A stretch of DNA of 26,591 nucleotides from Hyphomicrobiales bacterium (GTDB taxonomy: Bacteria > Pseudomonadota > Alphaproteobacteria > Rhizobiales > UBA4765). Location of the stretch: contig JAIYEB010000182.1 in the NCBI GenBank assembly GCA_027487195.1, forward strand, positions 1-26,591. The letters run 5' to 3'. Shown piece by piece: positions 15,117-24,641 of this stretch (position 1 is the stretch's first letter; each line of letters starts with the position of its first letter). Below the pieces are notes generated by a model that worked only from the letters and a program-made list of their open reading frames with translations, was not told where the DNA came from and did not search any database. The translations under genes were made by a program, and so were the position numbers.

Positions 15117-17408
15117 ATGACTTCGACAGTTGATGTCGCTGGATCATCGCGCGCGCCTTCCAGCAACAGCCTGAGCCTGCGACAGCCATTCACGCTCTTT
15201 GGCGGCCTCAGTCGCGTCGAGCCTTTGCTTCGGCGCTCAATTCCGTTTCTGATTCTGATTTTCATCGTGACGCTGGGCGCTGCTGCAGCGTCACGCGTGT
15301 TCGCCGAGCGGGAAGGCATCATGGTCGATGCCCATTCAGATACGCGCGTCGTGTCAGTTCTCATCGCCAGCGAAGTTGAACGCCACATCGCCCGCGGCAC
15401 AGCCCTCGATGAGGCGCTTCGCCTCTCGAATGATTTGGCCGGCTTCTCGACAGAGCGCCGCGTGTTTGTCTCTGACCGCGCGGGTGTCGTCACTGCGACG
15501 CAGCCAAGTGACAGTTCCGCCCTTGGCCGCTCGTTGGAGCGCGTCGTCGGCGCCATGAATTTCCTGCCCCCCTCTACAGGTCTTCCCCAAGCCGAACGCC
15601 TTCGCTTGCAGTCTGGCGAGGAAGTCTTGATTGCAGTCTCCAGGCTCGAGAGCGGCGGAGTTGTAACCGTTGTTCAGCCGATCACGCCGATGCTGTCGTC
15701 CTGGCGCGCCAATGCCACCGTCGCGATCACGTTGTTCGCGATTACCGCGTTCGTTGTCCTCCTGCTTGGATTTGCCTTTCAATGGCAGGCCGTGCGCGCT
15801 CTCGAGGCCGAGAAAGTCAACGAAAAGGTGCGCCTTCGCATTGAAACAGCGCTCAATCGTGGGCGATGCGGGCTGTGGGACTGGGATCTTTCGCGCGGCC
15901 GGATGTACTGGTCGCATTCCATGTTCGGTATGCTTGGATTGGCTCCGCGGAGTTCCGTCCTGTGCTTTGGCGAGGTTGAGGCGCTTTTGCACCCCGACGA
16001 TTGTGACCTGATGGGTCTTGGTCGAATGATTATGGAAGATCGGTCAGCAACAGTTGATCGGATTTTCCGGTTTCGCCACGCGGCCGGCGGCTGGGTCATT
16101 ATCCGCGCCCGGGCCGAACTGGTCGACAGCATGCATGATTCCGGTCCCCATCTCGTTGGAATTGCCGTCGACGTCACGGAGCAGACCAAAGAAGCAGAGC
16201 GCAACAAAACCGCCGACATGCGTTTGCGCGATGCGATCGAGGCGATATCGGAAGCGTTCGTCTTGTGGGACGCTGACAACCGCCTCGTGGTTTGCAACTC
16301 GAAGTTCCAATCCCTGAACGGGCTTCAGGCCGGTCGCATTCAACCGGGCACCCCATACAATGAGGTCATGCAGGATGCGCGTCAGCCGGTTGTGCGCACG
16401 CGGATGATGGTTGAAGGGCGTCATGAGGACGGCGCAGCAAGCTTTGAGGTCCAACTCGCCGATCAGCGTTGGCTGCAACTCAACGAACGACGCACAAAGG
16501 ATGGCGGCTTCGTGTCCGTTGGAAGCGACATCACGACGCTCAAGCAGCATGAAGCGCAACTGATGGAAGGCGAGGGGCGCCTCAAGGCAACGATTGCCGA
16601 TCTGTCCCGTTCGCGCCACCTGCTGCAGATCAAGGCCGACGAACTCGCTATCATGGCTGACAAATATGCCATCGAAGTTGAGCGTGCAGAGGAGGCCAGC
16701 CGGACCAAATCCGAGTTTCTCGCCAATATCAGCCATGAACTGCGCACGCCGCTGAACGCGATTATCGGCTTCTCCGAGATTATGCATACCAACGTGTTCG
16801 GTCCTCTTGGACACGAAAAGTATGGCGAATATGCCCGCGACATCCATCGCTCGGGGTCGCATCTGCTGGATGTGATCAATGACATCCTCGACATGTCGAA
16901 GATTGAGGCGGGCGGAATCCCGCTGGACTGTGAGCCTGTGGACCTCGACGATGTGACTGCCGATGCGATCAGGGTTGTTGCCGGCGGAGCAGATGCGAAG
17001 GAAATCTCGATTTGCCGTCGCATCGAAGGTGAGCCCTCACTGCGCGGCGATCAGCGCGCCACCAAACAAATCCTGATCAATCTGCTGTCGAATGCCATCA
17101 AGTTCACACCTGCCGGTGGTTCGGTCAGCTTGACGCTGCGCGCTGTCGAAACCGGCGTGGCAATCACCATTCGCGACACCGGCATTGGCATTCCCGCCGA
17201 CATGATCGAGCGCCTTGGGCGACCGTTCGTTCAGGTGGTCAACCAGTATTCAAAGAACCATCAGGGAAGCGGGCTTGGCCTCGCGATATCGCGCTCGCTT
17301 GCCGAGCTTCATGGTGGCGAGCTCGTACTCAATTCAACGGTTGGGGCTGGAACCACGATTGTGGTCACATTGGCGAACCGGACCGAGGCGCTGGTCGAAG
17401 CGGCCTGA
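15117..17408 (+). CDS. pleC: Cell-cycle PAS-domain sensor histidine kinase/phosphatase PleC
   Basis: Two TM segments, RIETALNRGRCGLWDWDLSRGRMYWSHSMF, two PAS regions, H-box KSEFLANISHELRTPLNAIIGFSE, NLLSNAIKFT, DTGIGI, GSGLGLAI; convergent with glnE as in other Rhizobiales. Confidence 0.88.
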   Translation: MTSTVDVAGSSRAPSSNSLSLRQPFTLFGGLSRVEPLLRRSIPFLILIFIVTLGAAAASRVFAEREGIMVDAHSDTRVVSVLIASEVERHIARGTALDEALRLSNDLAGFSTERRVFVSDRAGVVTATQPSDSSALGRSLERVVGAMNFLPPSTGLPQAERLRLQSGEEVLIAVSRLESGGVVTVVQPITPMLSSWRANATVAITLFAITAFVVLLLGFAFQWQAVRALEAEKVNEKVRLRIETALNRGRCGLWDWDLSRGRMYWSHSMFGMLGLAPRSSVLCFGEVEALLHPDDCDLMGLGRMIMEDRSATVDRIFRFRHAAGGWVIIRARAELVDSMHDSGPHLVGIAVDVTEQTKEAERNKTADMRLRDAIEAISEAFVLWDADNRLVVCNSKFQSLNGLQAGRIQPGTPYNEVMQDARQPVVRTRMMVEGRHEDGAASFEVQLADQRWLQLNERRTKDGGFVSVGSDITTLKQHEAQLMEGEGRLKATIADLSRSRHLLQIKADELAIMADKYAIEVERAEEASRTKSEFLANISHELRTPLNAIIGFSEIMHTNVFGPLGHEKYGEYARDIHRSGSHLLDVINDILDMSKIEAGGIPLDCEPVDLDDVTADAIRVVAGGADAKEISICRRIEGEPSLRGDQRATKQILINLLSNAIKFTPAGGSVSLTLRAVETGVAITIRDTGIGIPADMIERLGRPFVQVVNQYSKNHQGSGLGLAISRSLAELHGGELVLNSTVGAGTTIVVTLANRTEALVEAA

Positions 17409-17487
17409 CATTGAGCCGTGCGGGCAAGACCCTGGCTTCTTGGCCAAGGTTTGCTTTCTGAAAGAGGCAACGACACCTGACGCGGTA

Positions 17488-20361
17488 TCAGGGCCTGGGC
17501 AAAGGTCCGAGCAGATTTTCAAAGATGCTTCGCACCTTCGCTCTTGTCTGGTCGAGCCGCGTTCTGAGATGTTTGATGTCGGGCTCATGCGCCGTTGACA
17601 GCAAACCTTTGATGAATCCCTTTGGAGCCTTCGCAGGATCAAACGGCTCCTCAAGGCAAAGACGCATCAGCTGGGTCAGGCCGTTGTAGAGGTTGCCAGC
17701 TTCAATCAACGCAGAAGCATCGCCGGCTTCAATGAGGCCAGCCTCACTTGCTGCCAGAAGCACTTGATTTGTGCCGACACAACGAAGGCTTGGTACCTCA
17801 GCGAGGTGCATCAGCACCATCGTCTGGGCAATGAACTCGATATCGACCTGACCACCATCGACGAGCTTGAGGTCCCATTGATCGCGCGGCGGCCGCTCAC
17901 GCGCCATGAGACCACGCATTTCAATCACATCAGCGATCATCTTCTCTCGCCTGAGGCTGTGATGGATAGCGTTGGTGATGGCCTGCTCGACCTGCGGCTC
18001 AAACCCGTCGCTCGCGTAGATGACGCGTGCGCGCACAAGCGCAAGCTTCTCCCACGTCCATGCTTCGCCGGACTGATAGTCGATGAATGACTTGAGGCTC
18101 GTGGCGATTGGCCCCTTGTTTCCAGAGGGGCGTAGGCGAAAATCGACCTGATAGATCGTTCCCTTGGAGGTTTGGGCGGACAGCGCAGCAACGAGGCGTT
18201 GCGTCAGGCGGATGTAATACTCCTGAGCATAAAGCGGCTTTTCGCCTTTCGACATTGAAAGCACATCGTCGTCGTAAAGGAGCATCAGGTCGAGATCTGA
18301 TGTGGCCGTCATCTCGCGCGAGCCGAACTTGCCAAGGGCAACAATGGCCAGACGTCCATTGGGTGTGGTGCCGTGGCGCGCTTTCAGACCCTCATGAACC
18401 CTCGGGAGCAACTCGCGGATGATGGCCTCGGCAAGGTCCGTGTAGGCCGGGCCGGCAGCGTGTGGTGCGAGCCTGCCAGACAGGAGGCGCGCGCCAATCG
18501 TGAAATGGGTTTCCTGCGCAAAGAGCCTGGCGCGGTCGAGCGCATCTTCCAGGTCAACACTCTCGGACAAGGCCTGGGTCAGGCGCTTGGCAACCGCGCT
18601 CTTGTTCTGAGCCCGACCCTGGTGAAGATCCTCGATCAGCCCATCAAGCAGCCTTGGTGCGCGCGCAAGGTGCGCCGAAAGGCGCGGCGCCGAACCAAGC
18701 AGCGTTGCAAAGAACTCGATGAGGGCTGGGTTCGACTTCAGAAGCGAGAAGAGTTGAACACCCGACGGCAGGCGACTGACAAAGGCATCAAAGGCCTCCA
18801 GAGCATCGAGCGGCGCATCTGTTGTCGCCAGGCCCTCAAGGATCAGCGGCACAATTTCGGACAAGCGCTCACGCGCGACCTGCGTGCGCATGGCAGGATA
18901 GCGACCCGTCTGCCAGCCCCGAACAATGTCACAGACCCGGCCTGGCAACTTGAAGCCAAGCGACTTCAGGGCATCAAGGGTCGCTGGATCGTCCTTTGCG
19001 CCAAAGCGAAGGTCCTTCTGCGGTGTCTTTTCGGAACGCTCAAACAGGCGTGCATAGTGGCTGCTGACGCAGTTCAGCGTTTCCAGCAGTTTGGTTTCCA
19101 GAGCGGCACGGCTGGAGAATCCGGCAAAGCGCGCAAAACTGTCGAGCGACTTTGCGTCGCGCGGCAGATCATGGGTTTGCGCGTCTTCGACCATCTGCAC
19201 GCGATGCTCAAGCGTGCGCAGGACCTGATACGCCGCAGTCAGATCGTCGCGGGTGTCGTCGTTGATCCAACCCGCGGCCACCAGCGCGTCCAGCGTTGCG
19301 AGGGTCTCGCGCGAGCGGAGCGTCTTGTCGCGCCCGCCGCCGATCAATTGCTGGGTTTGCGCAAAGAATTCGATCTCGCGAATGCCACCACGGCCAAGTT
19401 TCAGATTGTGGCCCGGGATTGCAATATCGCCGAGCCCCTTGGCGGCATGGATCTCCCGCTTCATCGCATGGACTTCAGCAATCGCCGCATAGTCCAGGTA
19501 CTTGCGCCACATGAACGGGGCAATTTCGCCCAGAAACGCCTGGCCGGCCTGATTATCGCCTGCAACCGTGCGCGCCTTGATGTAGGCAGCGCGCTCCCAG
19601 TTCTGCCCAACGGCCTCATAGTAGTTCGCAGCCATGGCGGTCGAAATCGCCAGCGGTGTTGAGCCGGGATCCGGCCTCAGCCGCAGATCAACCCGGAACA
19701 CGTAGCCGGCCGGCATTTTCTCCTGCATCAACTTCGCGATGGTCTGGGTTACCTTGACGTAGGTCGCCTGCTGCTCCTCCACAGACCTCGCCTTCACGCG
19801 GTCGCGGTCGTAAAAGGCGATCAGATCAACGTCGGAACTGTAGTTGAGTTCACGGGCGCCAAGCTTGCCCATACCCAGGACGAAAAACCCCGAATTGCTT
19901 TCAGGCTTGTCCGGGTCATCCAGTGTGATGCGGCCGCGTTGGGCTTCTGCAGCAAGTGCCTGTGCTGTTGATGCGCGCAGGGCTGCTTCGGCAAAGTCAG
20001 ACAACGCATGCGTGACGCGCCCAAGGTTCCAGACGCCACCACAGTCACAAAGCGCAGACAGCAGGGCGAGCTCGTCCTTGGCGCGACGCAGTCTCAGCTG
20101 CAGGTCAAGATTGCTTTCATCGCTGCGCCAGGACGTATCGACCAGGAGGCTTACAAGCGTTTCTTCGGGATCACTATCCAGAAGTCGCTCAAGTCGCTCG
20201 ACATCCTTGAGCGCGAGCCGTTCCAGATAGGGCGATCCGGATAGGATGGCCGCAACCTCGGCGCGCGCAGTATCAGGCAACGCCTTTTCCAGCACCTTTG
20301 CGCGTTTGGCATCGGCGGGAGGTGTTTTCCAGCGAAGATCACGTGAGAGCGGCTTGGTCAC
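17488..20361 (-). CDS. glnE: Bifunctional glutamine synthetase adenylyltransferase/adenylyl-removing enzyme
   Basis: Two nucleotidyltransferase motifs (GMGKLGARELNYSSDVDL, ALGKFGSREMTATSDLDL), VDLRLRPDPG, NWERAAYIKAR, NLKLGRGGIREIEF. GTGA overlap with the upstream kinase. Confidence 0.96.
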   Translation of the reverse strand: MTKPLSRDLRWKTPPADAKRAKVLEKALPDTARAEVAAILSGSPYLERLALKDVERLERLLDSDPEETLVSLLVDTSWRSDESNLDLQLRLRRAKDELALLSALCDCGGVWNLGRVTHALSDFAEAALRASTAQALAAEAQRGRITLDDPDKPESNSGFFVLGMGKLGARELNYSSDVDLIAFYDRDRVKARSVEEQQATYVKVTQTIAKLMQEKMPAGYVFRVDLRLRPDPGSTPLAISTAMAANYYEAVGQNWERAAYIKARTVAGDNQAGQAFLGEIAPFMWRKYLDYAAIAEVHAMKREIHAAKGLGDIAIPGHNLKLGRGGIREIEFFAQTQQLIGGGRDKTLRSRETLATLDALVAAGWINDDTRDDLTAAYQVLRTLEHRVQMVEDAQTHDLPRDAKSLDSFARFAGFSSRAALETKLLETLNCVSSHYARLFERSEKTPQKDLRFGAKDDPATLDALKSLGFKLPGRVCDIVRGWQTGRYPAMRTQVARERLSEIVPLILEGLATTDAPLDALEAFDAFVSRLPSGVQLFSLLKSNPALIEFFATLLGSAPRLSAHLARAPRLLDGLIEDLHQGRAQNKSAVAKRLTQALSESVDLEDALDRARLFAQETHFTIGARLLSGRLAPHAAGPAYTDLAEAIIRELLPRVHEGLKARHGTTPNGRLAIVALGKFGSREMTATSDLDLMLLYDDDVLSMSKGEKPLYAQEYYIRLTQRLVAALSAQTSKGTIYQVDFRLRPSGNKGPIATSLKSFIDYQSGEAWTWEKLALVRARVIYASDGFEPQVEQAITNAIHHSLRREKMIADVIEMRGLMARERPPRDQWDLKLVDGGQVDIEFIAQTMVLMHLAEVPSLRCVGTNQVLLAASEAGLIEAGDASALIEAGNLYNGLTQLMRLCLEEPFDPAKAPKGFIKGLLSTAHEPDIKHLRTRLDQTRAKVRSIFENLLGPLPRP

Positions 20362-21779
20362 GCGGCTGCAAGGGTCTTGAACATCAACGATATCTTGAGG
20401 CCCGGCCTGGCATCGTCAAGCGAAAGATCTGCCCCATGAAGCTTGGCAATGGCAGACACCAGCGCGAGGCCAAGGCCATAGCCGGGCTTCGTGCGGCTTT
20501 GGTCAAGGCGCACGAAGCGCGCCAGAACCCGTGCGCGCTCTTCTTGCGGGATTCCAGGCCCATGGTCCGTCACACTCAGGCGGACAGATCCCTGATCTTG
20601 CTCGACGACAACTGAGAGTTCCGCAGGCGTCCCCTGCGCGCCGTACTTGATTCCATTGTCGATCAGGTTGGCAATGACGCGCGCAAGCAACTCCCGGTGT
20701 CCATGGACGAACGCTGGCTCGTCCGCCCTGACGCTGAGCTGCAACCCCACATCTTCGGCCGCCGGTTCGTAGAGCTCCGCCATCTCCTTTGCGATCAATG
20801 CAAGGTCGACACGGGCAAAGGTATGGTGCCCTGCGCCGGCCTCCGCCTTTGCAATCAGCAGGAGTGCTTCAAAGGTTCGGATCAATTCGCGCGTGTCTTC
20901 AAGGCCCGCCTCAAGCGCCGCGCGCATGGCAGCTGGATCCTGGTCCTCACGAAGGGCTGCTTCGGTACGCGCAGCCAGCCGCGACAGCGGCGTTCGCAGA
21001 TCATGGGCAATATCGTTTGAGACCTGCTCAAGGCCCCGCATCAAGGTTCCGATCCGGTCGAGCATGGCATTGACCGCCTCGGCCAACCGGTCGAGCTCAT
21101 CGCCGGAGCCCGTTGTTGGCAACCGTGCCGCTGTCTCGGTCGCCATGATCGTTCGGGTTGTTTCGGTCAGCGTGTCGATGCGACGCAAAACACGCCAGGA
21201 CAGGAGCGCTGCAGCGATCAATCCGAAAAGGACGACGCCACCAGCTCCCCAGCTGCCTGCTGACAGCATGATCGCCCGTAGCCGCGACTGCTCCTCCAGA
21301 TCGCGCCCGATCAGGAGGCGGAAAGTCCCTTCGAGCGCAAAGGTTCTCGCAAACCCGTCGCGCGTGACAATCGAGCCATCGTCGCGTGCATATTCGAGGT
21401 CCGCCCACCCGGTGCGTGTCAGCGCTGCGATATCGTAGAGGATGATGTTTCCGGCGTATGAATCGCCGGCAGTACTCGCAACCAGATAGAGGTTGGCGCC
21501 CGGCGCGCGCGATCGATCGCCAACGGCATCAATCAGCGCTGGCAATCCGTCGCTTTCATAGATTGCCAGCAGAGTTTGCGCGTCATTGTTGACCCGCTCA
21601 ACGAGCTGGCTGCGGACGGCTCGTGTCGCGTAATCCGTCAGGTACATGACAAAGCCCGCGGCGCTGAGCGAGAACAGCACCAGGAACAGCGCGGACAATC
21701 GAAACGCAGTCGTGGCTGCGATGCGCCTCAGCGCGCCGAGCGCGGGCTTTGTTGCAGCTGCTGTGTTTTGCTCAGTCAC
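20358..21779 (-). CDS. HAMP-domain membrane sensor histidine kinase
   Basis: Two TM segments, HAMP (GDELDRLAEAVNAML), H-box IAHDLRTPL, NLIDNGIKY, DHGPGIP, GYGLGLALV. Confidence 0.93.
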   Translation of the reverse strand: MTEQNTAAATKPALGALRRIAATTAFRLSALFLVLFSLSAAGFVMYLTDYATRAVRSQLVERVNNDAQTLLAIYESDGLPALIDAVGDRSRAPGANLYLVASTAGDSYAGNIILYDIAALTRTGWADLEYARDDGSIVTRDGFARTFALEGTFRLLIGRDLEEQSRLRAIMLSAGSWGAGGVVLFGLIAAALLSWRVLRRIDTLTETTRTIMATETAARLPTTGSGDELDRLAEAVNAMLDRIGTLMRGLEQVSNDIAHDLRTPLSRLAARTEAALREDQDPAAMRAALEAGLEDTRELIRTFEALLLIAKAEAGAGHHTFARVDLALIAKEMAELYEPAAEDVGLQLSVRADEPAFVHGHRELLARVIANLIDNGIKYGAQGTPAELSVVVEQDQGSVRLSVTDHGPGIPQEERARVLARFVRLDQSRTKPGYGLGLALVSAIAKLHGADLSLDDARPGLKISLMFKTLAAA

Positions 21780-22452
21780 CCTGCCGGACCACGTAACCTG
21801 CGCCGCGCACCGTATGGATCAAGGGTTCTTCAAAACCCTTGTCGACTTTTGCCCGCAGGCGCGAGACATGAACGTCGATCACGTTCGTCTGCGGATCAAA
21901 GTGATAGTCCCAGACATTCTCGAGAAGCATCGTCCGCGTCACGACCTGCCCGACATGGCGCATGAGATATTCGAGCAGGCGAAACTCGCGCGGCTGCAGG
22001 TCGATCACCTGACCCGAACGCGTGACACGCCGCGCCAGGCGATCAAGCTTCAGATCTGCGACAGTGAACACAGTATCAGGCAGCAACGGCTGGCTTCGCC
22101 GCGCGCCAAGAATCTCAACCCGCGCCAGCAACTCCGAGAAGGAGTAGGGCTTGGTCAGATAGTCGTCGCCGCCTGCCCGGAGGCCTTCGACGCGCTGGTC
22201 GACATCGCTGAGCGCCGACAGGATCAGGACTGGCGTTCCGACATTTTTCGCGCGGGCGGCCTTGAGAAGCGAAACGCCATCACGCTTGGGCAGCATACGG
22301 TCGAGCACGATGACATCGTAGCTCTCGGTTGTGGCCATGAAGAGGCCAATCTCGCCATCGTGCGCGAGATCGACCACATGGCCAGCCTCGCGCAATCCCT
22401 TTTCGACATATCGAGCGGCCTCGCGGTCATCCTCGACGACAAGCACTTTCAT
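21772..22452 (-). CDS. OmpR-family DNA-binding response regulator
   Basis: LVVEDD, VLDRMLP (phospho-Asp), GGDDYLTKP, winged helix LENVWDYHFDPQTNVIDVHVSRLR, HTVRGAGY. Confidence 0.95.
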   Translation of the reverse strand: MKVLVVEDDREAARYVEKGLREAGHVVDLAHDGEIGLFMATTESYDVIVLDRMLPKRDGVSLLKAARAKNVGTPVLILSALSDVDQRVEGLRAGGDDYLTKPYSFSELLARVEILGARRSQPLLPDTVFTVADLKLDRLARRVTRSGQVIDLQPREFRLLEYLMRHVGQVVTRTMLLENVWDYHFDPQTNVIDVHVSRLRAKVDKGFEEPLIHTVRGAGYVVRQGD

Positions 22453-22503
22453 CGAAGATGTCCCCCGCGCGACTCACGCCTCGGTTAGTGTAGCGCGCCC
22501 GGC

Positions 22504-24063
22504 CTAGCCGCGATCAATGGGCAGGGCGACAAAGCGCGAGCGTTCGCCGGTTCTGACCCGTGTCAGAACCGAGTTGCGACCTGTCGAGCGTGCCGCTTCA
22601 AGCTGCGCCTGCAGCTCTTGCGGTGTGCCGACCGCCTCGCCTGCGACCTCGACGATCACATCGCCCCGGCGCAGACCCTGTGCAGCAGCACGGCTTTCGG
22701 GTTCAACCCTGATGATGACAACGCCGCGCCCACCTTCACGCGTTGGCGCAATCGTCAGGCCCAGGGTTGGGATGGTGGTTGGACGCGGTTCATTTGAGCG
22801 CTCTCCCTGGGCGGGGTTGGCTGCGACCTGCTGATTTGGGAGTGTTCCAACCTCAACATTGATCGTGCGCCGTTCGCCGCCACGGATCAGCTCAACCCGC
22901 GCTGTGGTTCCCGGTGAAATATCAGCCACGCGGCGGGCAAGATCGCGCCCATCCGTGATCTGCTGGCCATTCACGGTCAGGATTGCGTCGCCAGCGCGAA
23001 TGCCTGCTCTTGCAGCCGGCCCATCAGCCTGTGGCTCGGAGACAAGCGCACCGCGTGCAGATGGCAGGTTCAGGGTTCGCGCCAGCTCTTCCGTCACGGG
23101 TTGGATGGAAACACCCAGCCAGCCACGCGTCACCGAGCCGTTGGTGCGCAGTTGGGCAATGACCCGCTCAGCCGTTGCCGCCGGAATGGCAAAGCCGATG
23201 CCGACAGAGCCGCCGGTGGGCGAGTAGATTGCGGTATTGATCCCGATCACCTCACCATCGAGGTTGAATGATGGGCCACCCGAGTTGCCGCGATTGACCG
23301 GCGCATCGATCTGCAGAAAATCATCATACGGGCCTGCACCAATGTCGCGGCCACGGGCCGAGACGATACCAGCGGTGACCGTACCCCCGAGACCGAACGG
23401 ATTGCCAATCGCAACGACCCATTCACCGACGCGCGATGTGGTCTTCGTGAAACCAACAAACGGGAAGGGCTGCGGGCGCTCGGCCTTGAGGACGGCAAGA
23501 TCTGTGCGGTCATCGGCACCGATCAGGCGTGCGGGGAGCCGAACACCATCATCCATGACCACGGTGAAGCCTGAGCCACCGCGCACGACGTGAGCGTTTG
23601 TGACGATAAAGCCATCTGCGGAGATGAAGAATCCTGAGCCTTGGGACACAGGCGCGCGCTGAGGCTGCTGACGCTGGGACTGCCGGCCTTCGCCCCGCTG
23701 ATCCGGTCGTGCGGGTGCCCGCTCCTGGAACTCACGAAAGAAGCGATTGAGCGGATGATCTGGCGGGAGGTCCGGCAGTCCGGGAACACCGCCGCCACCG
23801 CGCGGACCTGCATTTGCAGCCTGCGGATCGTCTCCTGCGCGTGCCACCTGAACCGAAACGACGGCACCCTTCACGCGGTCAACGACGTCGGCAAAGCCGG
23901 GGTTTTGAGTGCGTGCGGAACCTGCTGGCGCTTGCAACTGCGCCTGGACTGGCTGGACGAATTGGGGTGCTGCAACAGCGACGAGCGCAACAACTGCGGT
24001 TGCTGCAAGGAGCGTCTGGCGCACCGAGAAACGGTTAGAGCTAACGGGGGAGGGCGTGGACAT
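22504..24063 (-). CDS. degP: Do/DegP (HtrA) family periplasmic serine protease with two PDZ domains
   Basis: Catalytic triad motifs TNAHVV, DLAVLK, GNSGGP; RGWLGVSIQ; two PDZ domains; signal peptide. SD AGAAAGG upstream. Confidence 0.93.
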   Translation of the reverse strand: MSTPSPVSSNRFSVRQTLLAATAVVALVAVAAPQFVQPVQAQLQAPAGSARTQNPGFADVVDRVKGAVVSVQVARAGDDPQAANAGPRGGGGVPGLPDLPPDHPLNRFFREFQERAPARPDQRGEGRQSQRQQPQRAPVSQGSGFFISADGFIVTNAHVVRGGSGFTVVMDDGVRLPARLIGADDRTDLAVLKAERPQPFPFVGFTKTTSRVGEWVVAIGNPFGLGGTVTAGIVSARGRDIGAGPYDDFLQIDAPVNRGNSGGPSFNLDGEVIGINTAIYSPTGGSVGIGFAIPAATAERVIAQLRTNGSVTRGWLGVSIQPVTEELARTLNLPSARGALVSEPQADGPAARAGIRAGDAILTVNGQQITDGRDLARRVADISPGTTARVELIRGGERRTINVEVGTLPNQQVAANPAQGERSNEPRPTTIPTLGLTIAPTREGGRGVVIIRVEPESRAAAQGLRRGDVIVEVAGEAVGTPQELQAQLEAARSTGRNSVLTRVRTGERSRFVALPIDRG

Positions 24064-24127
24064 GGGGGAGGCCTTTCTGTCGGAATAGGTTGTCCGACAA
24101 TACGAGGCTCATGTACGACCTCGCGCC

Positions 24128-24637
24128 TTAAGCCCGTCTGTCGGCTTCATTAACTCGCGGTAATGTTTCAAGCAGCCGATTGACCTTCGCCTGCTCATCG
24201 TCCGTGAGGCTTGCGTCACCGCGCTCCAGCGCCGTATCGCCTGCCGCTGCGGCCCGCTTTCGCCAGGCCGACACAAGCACGAACCCGCCAATCAGAAGGG
24301 CAATGATCGGCGCGCCCCAGAGGATCAGGGTTCCAGCCGTAAGCCGTGGCCTGAGCAGGACGAAATCGCCGTAGCGCGACACGAGGAAGTCGAGAACCTG
24401 CTGATCACTCGCGCCTTGCGACAGGCGCTCGCGAACCATCAACCGCAGGTCACGGGCGAGCGGCGCATTCGATTCATCGATCGACTCGTTTTGACAGACC
24501 ATGCAGCGCAGTTCTTTCGACAGCGCACGCGCTCGTGATTCCAGCACGGGATCCGACAGGACTTCACCCGGCTGCACCGCCATCGCCGGGGCTGACAGCA
24601 TGAGGACGGCGCACAAGGCGATAAACAGAGCGCGCAT
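24128..24637 (-). CDS. ccmH: Cytochrome c-type biogenesis protein CcmH (CycL)
   Basis: LRCMVCQNESIDES (LRCxxCQ), RYGDFVLLRP. ATG 24637 lies 4 nt after the ccmF stop, with SD GGAGTAGG. Confidence 0.93.
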   Translation of the reverse strand: MRALFIALCAVLMLSAPAMAVQPGEVLSDPVLESRARALSKELRCMVCQNESIDESNAPLARDLRLMVRERLSQGASDQQVLDFLVSRYGDFVLLRPRLTAGTLILWGAPIIALLIGGFVLVSAWRKRAAAAGDTALERGDASLTDDEQAKVNRLLETLPRVNEADRRA

Positions 24638-24641
24638 GAAC

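Noticed and set aside
17409-17487. Terminator between convergent pleC and glnE
   Set aside because: Only an imperfect bulged hairpin (about 17424-17456) with no clear U tract.
18373-19662. 429-aa plus-strand ORF opposite glnE (and similar long shadows opposite ctpA, pleC, the response regulator and degP)
   Set aside because: Antisense to high-confidence genes, with no motifs or SD; expected in ~63% GC DNA.
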